A stretch of DNA of 64,000 bases from Candidatus Poribacteria bacterium (GTDB taxonomy: Bacteria > Poribacteria > WGA-4E > WGA-3G). The position numbers and the translations under genes were made by a program. Positions 30,244 to 38,525 of the stretch are shown piece by piece (within the stretch, counting starts at the first letter, position 1; every line of letters begins with the position of its first letter). Below the pieces are notes generated by a model. It had not been told where the DNA came from. It was given only the letters and a program-made list of their open reading frames with translations, and ran no database searches. Location of the stretch: the NCBI GenBank assembly GCA_965198235.1, contig OZ240248.1, forward strand, positions 1,088,001 to 1,152,000. The letters are read 5' to 3'.

Positions 30244-32328
30244 ATGAGAAAACAACAGCATACACCAACCATCACGGATACGATCTCTCTTCCCTTCATC
30301 ACTGAAATTTCTGTTGCCCCGGATGGGAAACGTGTTGCCTATGTGGCCCGAACGGCGGATTGGAAAGCAAACAGGTATGTCCTGACCTGCTATGTTCATA
30401 ACATTGATCAAAACGACACGCGGAAAATAGCAGAGGATGCTTGGCATCCGCGGTGGTTGGATGACAGGACGCTTGCGGTGCTGCGTCGCGATACAAAGGC
30501 ACATTTTGGTGAAAAGCCACAGATATGGATTTTCTGGGACGCTGATGTGAACGGCACGCAAATTACGGCCTCGCCGTCCGGTTTGGAGAAGTTCTGGTGC
30601 TACGGTAACGGGCTTATCTATCGGGCTGACGCACCCGCCGATGCTTGTGCTGTCGAACGAGAGCAGTGGTATGGCTCTTATGTTCATGTGGGTCGCGAAC
30701 AGCGAACAACCCAACTTTTCTATACGAGTTTGTCCAACGAAGAAACATCGATAGGCATGCTCTCGAACGATTCACCCCAAACGTTGAGGTTAACGGACAG
30801 TTTGGATGCGTCTTTGCAGATACGGGATCTCTGTGTATCAAGTAACGCTCTTTACCTGAACTGTCAATTTCAGCAGGATTTCGATGAGGTGTGGGTCTGG
30901 CGACTTGCCGCTAGTCCTGCGGAGCTAGAACAAATTGCTGTATCTGGAGTAGGTGGAGAATCGCTGCTGTCCTGGGAGCAACTGGATTTACCTGACAGGG
31001 CAGTTGTTCTAGATGTGGCTTCCGACGGGCAGACGCTTCTGCTCAACTGGGACGGGGGACGTTCTGAATTCTTTTCAAACGAACCGTGGTCGCTCTGGGC
31101 ATGTTCCCCATCTTCCGGGGCATCGGTATCGGACTTACGTTGTCTGACACCTCATTTTGAGAGTCAGATCCTTACGGCAGAATGGAACGCACAAAGCATT
31201 TATCTCCAATATATTGATGGCACAGTGCCCTGTCTCGCGCGACTTGACCCATCCAATGAGTTAACTGTTCTGGATTTCGGGGACGTGTATCCGCTTTACA
31301 CACCACCTTTCAAGTGTTTTGACATTTCCGATGCGGGAATCATGGCATTCGTGGCAGGCGGAGCGAACGATGTTCCGGACCTTGTTGTGGTCTCCGATGC
31401 GGAATGCTCACCTGCCCGATTCTGCTCAAGGCAGCGTCAGAAAATTACTGATTTCAGTACGCCTTGTAAGGACTGGGTACAGGGGACAAGAGAAACAGTT
31501 CACTGGGACAGTCGCGATGGTACAATGATTGAGGGTGTTTTGTTTAAGCCCGTTGATTTTGATCCTGCTCGAAAATATCCACTCGTCGTGATAGTTCATG
31601 GAGGTCCAGCAACAGCGTCCCTTCAACTTCAACTCGATTGGGAAGATCGCTGGTTTTATCCAACGCTTCAGTTCATCACTCGCGGAATTCTGGTACTCAA
31701 GCCTAACTACCGCGGTTCAGACGGGCGAGGACATGCTTTCCTTGAGTTGAACCACAGGAACATTGGGACAGGTGAATTGTGGGATGTGGAAAGTGGGATC
31801 GACCATCTGATTGCACAGGGATACGTAGATTCAGGGCATGTAGGCTGTGCGGGTTGGAGTTACGGAGGGTTCGTGGCGGCCTTTGCAGCGACACATTCAG
31901 ATTGCTTTGCCGCAGTAAGTGTAGGTGCGGGTATCACCAACTGGACGGTCTATCACGCCACATCTGAATTTCATCGTTTTGCTGAGAAGGTGTTCGGTGG
32001 CACTCCACAAGCGATTCCAGAAATTTATCGACAGGCATCTCCTGGAACTGCCGAGGTAAAGAAAAGAACGCCGACTCTCATTCAGCACGGCGATACCGAT
32101 GCTGTCGTCCCTTTCACGAACGCACAGGAATTACATCGTGCACTCGAAGCACAAGATGTCCCTGTCGAATTCTTCCGCTATCCGGGTATGGGACACGGCG
32201 TGCCTAACGTGAATCCGCGGGCTGCCAGGGCAGTGATGTCGCATAACTTGAAGTGGTTCTGCCACCACCTTCTTGGGCAGCCACCCATTTGGGATTACCC
32301 CGGTGAGTGGGAGTACCCCCTAGACTAG
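30244..32328 (+). CDS. S9 family (prolyl oligopeptidase/acylaminoacyl) peptidase
   Basis: HGGP, PNYRGS, GWSYGG nucleophile, HGDTD and GHG. Confidence 0.9.
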   Translation: MRKQQHTPTITDTISLPFITEISVAPDGKRVAYVARTADWKANRYVLTCYVHNIDQNDTRKIAEDAWHPRWLDDRTLAVLRRDTKAHFGEKPQIWIFWDADVNGTQITASPSGLEKFWCYGNGLIYRADAPADACAVEREQWYGSYVHVGREQRTTQLFYTSLSNEETSIGMLSNDSPQTLRLTDSLDASLQIRDLCVSSNALYLNCQFQQDFDEVWVWRLAASPAELEQIAVSGVGGESLLSWEQLDLPDRAVVLDVASDGQTLLLNWDGGRSEFFSNEPWSLWACSPSSGASVSDLRCLTPHFESQILTAEWNAQSIYLQYIDGTVPCLARLDPSNELTVLDFGDVYPLYTPPFKCFDISDAGIMAFVAGGANDVPDLVVVSDAECSPARFCSRQRQKITDFSTPCKDWVQGTRETVHWDSRDGTMIEGVLFKPVDFDPARKYPLVVIVHGGPATASLQLQLDWEDRWFYPTLQFITRGILVLKPNYRGSDGRGHAFLELNHRNIGTGELWDVESGIDHLIAQGYVDSGHVGCAGWSYGGFVAAFAATHSDCFAAVSVGAGITNWTVYHATSEFHRFAEKVFGGTPQAIPEIYRQASPGTAEVKKRTPTLIQHGDTDAVVPFTNAQELHRALEAQDVPVEFFRYPGMGHGVPNVNPRAARAVMSHNLKWFCHHLLGQPPIWDYPGEWEYPLD

Positions 32329-32335
32329 GCGATCA

Positions 32336-33631
32336 TTATCCGTTCCGAATATCCGATACTTCTTCAAAAATGACACGGTGGTAACGCTTTTTCCCGGCGC
32401 GAAGGAGTAATGCATTCTCCTCAATCATGCTAGCATCAACAGTAGTATCTATCGCACGATACTGTTTCTCGTTGATGTAGGCACCGCCTTGTTGAACGAG
32501 CCGTCGCGCCTCGCTACGTGAATTCGCCAATCCGACCTCATGGAACAACTCCATAATCGGGATGCCACTTTCAAATCGCTCGGGAGCGATAACAGAAGTG
32601 GGCATTGCTATATCATCTAGCTTACCGCCACCAAATGCGGCACGCGCCGCTGCTTGTGCTTTGTCTGCCTCCACTTTTCCATGGGCAAGTTGTGTGACTT
32701 CATAGGCGAGAATTTCTTTTGCTTCCTGAATGTTTTCGTCTTTAAGTTCCCCTAATCGCCGGATTTCCTCCATGGGAAGGAAGGTAAAACAGGCTAAGAA
32801 CCGCGCAACATCTCGGTCGTCTGTGTTAATCCAGTATTGATAGAATTCGTAAGGAGATGTCCGGTTTGCATCGATCCACACTGCACCACCTGCGGTTTTT
32901 CCCATCTTCGTCCCATTTGCGGTAGTGAGCAACGGCACTGTGACTGCGTATACCCGTTCGCCTGCGATCCGGCGGACGAGATCGACTCCAGCAAGGATAT
33001 TGCCCCACTGGTCGTCTCCGCCGAGCTGGAGGCGGCACTCGTATTTTTGAAAAAGACGCAAATAATCGTATGCCTGGATGAGTTGATAATTAAATTCAAG
33101 GAATGAGAGCCCTTGCTCGCGCTCAAGCCGCTGCCGGTAGCCTTCTGCGCGGATCATTTCATTGACTCGGAAATGTTTACCGATGTCGCGTAGAAATTCG
33201 ATATAATTTATAGAAAGTAGCCAATCGGCATTGTTAAGGAACCTGCCGGCTTTCGGGACAGTTTCCGAATTATCTGCCCTTCCTGTTCCATTATTCAGAT
33301 CTAAGTAACGTTGCAGCTGTGCAAGGATACCCTCACCGTTAGCTGCGATTTGTTCCTTTGACAACATGGAACGCATCTCGGTCTTGTCTGTCGGGTCGCC
33401 AATCATAGTTGTTCCACCACCGATAATAGCGATCGGTCTATGTCCTGCGCGCTGCAGATGTGCCATCGCCATTACAGGGACCAGATTCCCGATATGCAGA
33501 CTCGTCGCTGTCGCATCAAAACCGACGTAGCAGGTGATCTGTTTTTCCGATAACAGGTTTGCGACACGCGCTTCATCGCTACATTGTTGAATGAGACCCC
33601 GTTCCTTCAGGGTTTCAAAAACGCTTCCCAT
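32336..33631 (-). CDS. tyrS: Tyrosine--tRNA ligase
   Basis: YVGFDAT, HIGN, QLGGDDQWGNI, KMGKT and a C-terminal S4 domain. Confidence 0.97.
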   Translation of the reverse strand: MGSVFETLKERGLIQQCSDEARVANLLSEKQITCYVGFDATATSLHIGNLVPVMAMAHLQRAGHRPIAIIGGGTTMIGDPTDKTEMRSMLSKEQIAANGEGILAQLQRYLDLNNGTGRADNSETVPKAGRFLNNADWLLSINYIEFLRDIGKHFRVNEMIRAEGYRQRLEREQGLSFLEFNYQLIQAYDYLRLFQKYECRLQLGGDDQWGNILAGVDLVRRIAGERVYAVTVPLLTTANGTKMGKTAGGAVWIDANRTSPYEFYQYWINTDDRDVARFLACFTFLPMEEIRRLGELKDENIQEAKEILAYEVTQLAHGKVEADKAQAAARAAFGGGKLDDIAMPTSVIAPERFESGIPIMELFHEVGLANSRSEARRLVQQGGAYINEKQYRAIDTTVDASMIEENALLLRAGKKRYHRVIFEEVSDIRNG

Positions 33632-33642
33632 TTTTCACCCCT

Positions 33643-33682
33643 AAAAAAAATACCCAACATTGAATCATTTTCAACGTCGGGT
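33643..33682 (-). terminator. Intrinsic terminator (attenuator) immediately upstream of tyrS
   Basis: 13-bp stem acccgacgttgaa/ttcaatgttgggt followed by A and U8. Confidence 0.82.
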
Positions 33683-33735
33683 GGTGATAATTTGAACTGA
33701 TTAAAAAACCTTAAAACATCATTGTTTACAAACCT

Positions 33736-33885
33736 TCACCACCTCCCGTTGCAGTATAAATAGTAATACAGTCCGAGCGTAAAAAGGGCGTACGTGTAGG
33801 AACCACCGGAGCGTAAGTACACCTGCACGAGCCGGACGCTGCTTATTTGTACTGAAGAGAGAGTATTGTGGTAAAGTGTGTGCAT
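33736..33885 (-). CDS. Putative Tyr-rich attenuator leader peptide (49 aa)
   Basis: MHTLYHNTLSSVQISSVRLVQVYLRSGGSYTYALFTLGLYYYLYCNGRW*; 8 Tyr, including YYYLY. Confidence 0.75.
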   Translation of the reverse strand: MHTLYHNTLSSVQISSVRLVQVYLRSGGSYTYALFTLGLYYYLYCNGRW

Positions 33886-33953
33886 GTTCGATTTTTTTTC
33901 GTAGTGTAAGGCTGTGGTTAGATCGAAACCTTCCTACATTCTTTCCTAAATAT

Positions 33954-33982
33954 ATTATATCAGAAAGTGTTCGGCACATCAA
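33954..33982 (-). promoter_or_regulatory. sigma70 promoter of the leader-tyrS transcript
   Basis: TTGATG-N17-TATAAT with extended TG. Confidence 0.7.
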
Positions 33983-34086
33983 GTGTTTTCAACCAAACCG
34001 TATTGTATCATAACCCGTGGGAGCACCCGCGTAGTTGCTACAAAGAGATAAGACAGGTTCGCGCATGAAGTAGCGGTGTTTTTGTG

Positions 34087-36492
34087 TCAAAATTCATATG
34101 TAGCTCCGAAAGCGAAGTTAAAAGGGAACCGCACCGGACTTCTATACTCCGAGGTTTCCAAGTCTATGGGTAATTCTTCGGCATCTGCCTTTTTGAATTC
34201 TGTAACGAGTTTATCAGGGAAACTGAAATTAATTTTATTTTGGCTGTTATAGACATTCCAGACCTCGATGAACTCTGTTACAGGGATGCCCCATTGGGTT
34301 CTTTTGCGACTCAAGCGCAGATCTAGGGTGTGATACGCTTGAAGCGCAGCGGGCGCAATCGCACCAGCAACATCGGAGAGGGCTGGATGCATACCGAGCG
34401 TCACTGGGTCTTGAATCATCAAGAGTGTACTCAGGGGAACTGCAGAAGTACCGCTTGCATATTGCCACTTTATGCCGATATTGTTTATCGGTGTTGGGCT
34501 ATAGTTAGCGACGACACTGACGATGTGCGTATTGTCAAAGAGGAACGGTTTGTAGGCAGCATCGAGTGTCTCACGGCGTTCGGCATGCGTATAGGCGTAT
34601 GAGACCCATCCGAAAAACTTTTCGCTGATGCGGTGTCGCAAGAGTGCCTCTACGCCGTTCACATAACCTGTTCCTTGATTGAGATACGCAGTTGTAATCG
34701 GTGTATTCGTGTCATCAAAAAAGGCATCCGTGTTGACGGACCGAGTGACTAATTTTTTCAGATCTTTGTAATAAAGCGCGAGTTTGAGTTCGGTTTGTGA
34801 TGAGAGATGATGTTCTAATTCTACGACATAATGCTCGGCAATGCTCGATTTTAGGTTCTTATTTCCATCTCTGCTTAGCACCTGATATGCGAATGGGCTC
34901 TGTTCGTATCTGCCGTAGGCGAATCGGAGCTTGGAAGTTGTTGGGAGCGTGATGCTAAGGCTCCCGCGCGGTTGAATTGAGAGTTCTTCGGTCAGGTTGA
35001 GGTAATCAAATCTCACACCCAGGGCGAGCGACAGAAATGATAGCGGATCGTAGCGTGCTTGTAGGTATCCCTCGGCACGCTGGAAACCGTAGTTAAGTGT
35101 ATCGTATTTCTCTTTCCAAACGAGTTTCTCATCATCGGAACTGATGTTCTCTGGGAGAATGGTGCGTGTTGAACTTTCGGCTGGACTGAAGGCAAAGAGA
35201 AATCCCGGCTCGACTTGAAGGGTGGGTGTGAACTTATAGGACAGGTCTTCGCGAAGGGTATAGGTCGGGGCATTGACCAGGGCAGTGTAGACAAATTTCT
35301 CACTTGGGGAGCTGTCCTCTCGGCTGGAACCGCCACCGAAATTGAGATTCAGAAAATTATAGGAGTGTGTAAACGAGAGGTGGGATGTGAGTCTATCAGT
35401 AAGATGTGAGCGGAGATGGATGCCTTCTGCCTGAAACCCGTTTTTGAAATAGGCGGAAAAATTAGTGGATTCTTCTGTGTCATTAGATCCAGCACTGGAG
35501 AAGTCGAAGTGATCTGTCGCGCCTATAGCGTTAAGCGTTAGGTGATGTTTTTTGGTGAGTTGATAAGCAAATTTGAGTTGGTAATCCGACCAGCTGGGAA
35601 ATGTCCAATCAACGAAATACCTTAAAATGAGATCGATAGTCATGATACGCCCGGAGACCGATGCGTATCCTTTGTCTCCAATTTTTGCTTCAAAGAATCC
35701 AGAGGGTGCTATAAAGTTCATATCGAATACACCACCCCATTTCTTCTTCAAGTGTTCTCGGGAACGGATGTCAATAATAGCTTGTGAATCTAATCCAAAT
35801 TCCGCACCATAGCCACCGGCGTAAACGTGCATCGCCTCAATACTATCTGAATTCGTCGTTGTGAAGAGTCCACCAAAGTGAAACGGATAGCCAAGCGGGG
35901 TTCGATCGAGGTAGATGAGCGTGTCCCCTGGCGCGCTCCCGCGGATATAGAGGGCGCGAAAGAAATCGTTGGGAACACCGATGCCCGGCAGGGTCATGAG
36001 TGCTCTGAGGGCATCACGTCCGGCACCCGGAATCCGTATCATTTCGCTGCCTCGCATCACTTTACGGCTAATCGTTGGCGGAAGGCGTTGTCCTTCCACA
36101 ACCACTGTTTTGAGTTGGACAGTTGTTCCGACGTACATTTTCACCTGTGTGGTATCACCGGCTGTGACCTCTATTTTCGCAGTTGTCGGTGTCTTGGACG
36201 TTGGATGCAGAATCGACAGGGTATAGGTGCCGGGTGCGATACCGGTGAACTGAAAATTCCCGGAAGCGTCGGTTCTCGTAGACACATCGACTTCAATGCA
36301 GTGCACCTCTGCCGCAACTAAGGGTGCGTCGGTGTCATGTAAGTAGACGGTGCCTTCTATATCACCTGTGGTCGGCAAGACCAGCTGTCGGATGCTTTCG
36401 GACTTATCTTCTTTAGCAGTGTCTGTTTCGGCGAACACAGGGAACGGCATTATGAGCCCTATAAACAGGGCGGAATATAAGCAAAATTTCAT
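34087..36492 (-). CDS. TonB-dependent receptor with N-terminal carboxypeptidase-regulatory-like domain
   Basis: Signal peptide, plug motif LPG..IRG, GGYGAEFG, NVYN and C-terminal Phe. Confidence 0.85.
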   Translation of the reverse strand: MKFCLYSALFIGLIMPFPVFAETDTAKEDKSESIRQLVLPTTGDIEGTVYLHDTDAPLVAAEVHCIEVDVSTRTDASGNFQFTGIAPGTYTLSILHPTSKTPTTAKIEVTAGDTTQVKMYVGTTVQLKTVVVEGQRLPPTISRKVMRGSEMIRIPGAGRDALRALMTLPGIGVPNDFFRALYIRGSAPGDTLIYLDRTPLGYPFHFGGLFTTTNSDSIEAMHVYAGGYGAEFGLDSQAIIDIRSREHLKKKWGGVFDMNFIAPSGFFEAKIGDKGYASVSGRIMTIDLILRYFVDWTFPSWSDYQLKFAYQLTKKHHLTLNAIGATDHFDFSSAGSNDTEESTNFSAYFKNGFQAEGIHLRSHLTDRLTSHLSFTHSYNFLNLNFGGGSSREDSSPSEKFVYTALVNAPTYTLREDLSYKFTPTLQVEPGFLFAFSPAESSTRTILPENISSDDEKLVWKEKYDTLNYGFQRAEGYLQARYDPLSFLSLALGVRFDYLNLTEELSIQPRGSLSITLPTTSKLRFAYGRYEQSPFAYQVLSRDGNKNLKSSIAEHYVVELEHHLSSQTELKLALYYKDLKKLVTRSVNTDAFFDDTNTPITTAYLNQGTGYVNGVEALLRHRISEKFFGWVSYAYTHAERRETLDAAYKPFLFDNTHIVSVVANYSPTPINNIGIKWQYASGTSAVPLSTLLMIQDPVTLGMHPALSDVAGAIAPAALQAYHTLDLRLSRKRTQWGIPVTEFIEVWNVYNSQNKINFSFPDKLVTEFKKADAEELPIDLETSEYRSPVRFPFNFAFGATYEF

Positions 36493-36667
36493 GGATGGAT
36501 TTCGGCTTCCTTTAGAATAGGTTTGTAAGTGGATGCTCCCTGAAGTAACATCTTGCATCGAGGTGTAACACATACTGAAATGCCAGAAAATCGTCAATCT
36601 CGGTATGCTGAATGGCATAGTTATCGCCAGTTGGAATCACCCACATTTGCAGATAACGCTGATACCG

Positions 36668-38224
36668 TTACGGTTTCTGAAAAATCGTATCGTCCAATGC
36701 GGTATCAATCTCTGTTTTTGTAAAGGCGTAATTGACCGTTAACGCACCGTCCCCAATGAAGATTCCGTAGGAATTGGGCAACATTACACCTTCATAATCC
36801 GTGTAATCGTCGTAGTGAAGGACTGCGATAGCATTTTTGGCATTCATGCTTGTATAGGTGGTCTTCGCTCCGACGAGTAGGTTGGAAGCCTTATCGATAT
36901 AGAATACATCTTCCGTGTCAATGACGCGAATCACTGAGCATTCCTTACCTCGGAACAGTTCATCTTCATTTTGTTGAAATACGCTGCTACCAAGTTCTTC
37001 GTAGATTGCCTGCAATGGATAGATATAGGTTGTGCTTTTGGCACGCCCATATTCTGTTTCTGGAAGGATTGTTGGGCTGTTTGCCATAACAGATTTCCAA
37101 CCGTCTGTGCCATTCCAGATGGTGATCTCACGGAAAAGTTCACCGAAGTCGAGCTTAGTATACGATTTTTTTCCAACGATTGCTGCTATTTCAACGCTAC
37201 CCGATTCTTTCACGGGTTCTCCATTCCATTGCGTCAGTTGCGCGTCGCCGGAACGTTGGACATTCCGAATTTCTGAGAGCCGCGCGAGGCCGCCAATGGC
37301 ATTAAAGTGTGATTCAAGAATATCGTTAAGTTTCATGCCTGTTCCATTCCTTTTATTGGTGCCATCGGTATTTCCAAGCTGATTTCGCGCATCCGGTTTT
37401 GATAAGAGATCGAGAACAATGGGTGCGTCAATGAGTTCTACTGTCATTTCGGAAGTGGCATCAAAACTGTAGGGCTGCTGGAAGCGCGCCAAGTATTGGT
37501 TACTGATTCCTAACATCATTACAACAAGGATAGCCGTTGAGGCAGCAATTGCCCAGGGTACTATCGGTGGGTTGCCCCCGGTAGGTGGTAAGGGTTTGAT
37601 ACGCGGGATTTCACGCATGATATTCTCGGTTAAATTGGGAGATAGTTGAAAGCTGCCGAGAGCCTCTCGAATCATTGGTTCGTACTTCTTCAAACGTTCT
37701 CGTGCCCGGTGGACACGCGTCGCAACTGTATTGATGGATACGCCTAAAAACTCGCTTATCTCTGCGTATGTCATTTCGCCGAAATAGTAGAGCGTGATAA
37801 CGGTGCGATCGCTTTCCTTCAATTTCGCCAGTAAATTTTTTACGAGTTCGCGTTTTGTTTCCGCTGCACTTTCTGCCTGCTCTGCAGCGACATGTCTGGA
37901 ATAAGAACTCCTCTCTGTCATTGCTATATCTATCTCCTCTAAGGATTGCGTTTGGACACGTTTCTTGCGGAGCCATGCAAGGCAGCGGCGACTGGCGATG
38001 ACATAAAGCCACCCCGGAAACTGGCTTGGATCTTTCAGCGTCGCTAATTTCCGATAGACTTGTAGGAACGTTTCCTGCGTAATATCTTCGGCGGTATGGA
38101 AATCTCCTATTTTTCGCCATACAAGCGCGTGAACCCGCTTCTGGTACTTTCTAACCAAGCACGCAAAAGCAGCATCATCGCCTTCAAGGATACGTTGAAT
38201 CAGTTCAATATCGTTGTTTCTCAT
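36668..38224 (-). CDS. ECF sigma factor fused to a TM helix and an extracytoplasmic domain
   Basis: AEDITQETF and EISEFLG.S.NTV..R.HRAR; hydrophobic WAIAASTAILVVMMLGI; about 270-aa C-terminal extension. Confidence 0.85.
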   Translation of the reverse strand: MRNNDIELIQRILEGDDAAFACLVRKYQKRVHALVWRKIGDFHTAEDITQETFLQVYRKLATLKDPSQFPGWLYVIASRRCLAWLRKKRVQTQSLEEIDIAMTERSSYSRHVAAEQAESAAETKRELVKNLLAKLKESDRTVITLYYFGEMTYAEISEFLGVSINTVATRVHRARERLKKYEPMIREALGSFQLSPNLTENIMREIPRIKPLPPTGGNPPIVPWAIAASTAILVVMMLGISNQYLARFQQPYSFDATSEMTVELIDAPIVLDLLSKPDARNQLGNTDGTNKRNGTGMKLNDILESHFNAIGGLARLSEIRNVQRSGDAQLTQWNGEPVKESGSVEIAAIVGKKSYTKLDFGELFREITIWNGTDGWKSVMANSPTILPETEYGRAKSTTYIYPLQAIYEELGSSVFQQNEDELFRGKECSVIRVIDTEDVFYIDKASNLLVGAKTTYTSMNAKNAIAVLHYDDYTDYEGVMLPNSYGIFIGDGALTVNYAFTKTEIDTALDDTIFQKP

Positions 38225-38525
38225 CAAACACCTCTAAAAAGAAAGTACCTTATTTGGTATGGTATATAGTGACGCGACTTGGGAATAAAAACTTACATAA
38301 TTCCACGAAAAAGTGGTGTTTTATGGAAAATGATGACTTGTGATTAGGACAGTGCTTCTACTTGAAAATTGAATAGTGACGCGCTTTCCCTTTTCCTTGA
38401 CTTCCGTCTCATTTCCTGCTAAACTTAAAGAGATTTGGGCAATCTGTTATTCGCCTGTAGTCCAGTGCGTCAATTGCATGGGCTACTTGAGCACTTCGTC
38501 CCAGAAAACAGGTTCGGTTAATCTA

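Noticed and set aside
33245-33295. Short insertion in TyrS as another repeat-derived loop
   Set aside because: A small ttcgg/ccgaa hairpin is present, but I found no matching intergenic copy in this window.
33783-33812. T-box riboswitch upstream of tyrS (GGTGGTTCC resembles UGGNACC)
   Set aside because: The motif mismatches the consensus, the following helix would have a 2-nt loop, it does not overlap the terminator, and I see no stem I motifs. The leader-peptide model fits better; an Rfam scan would settle it.
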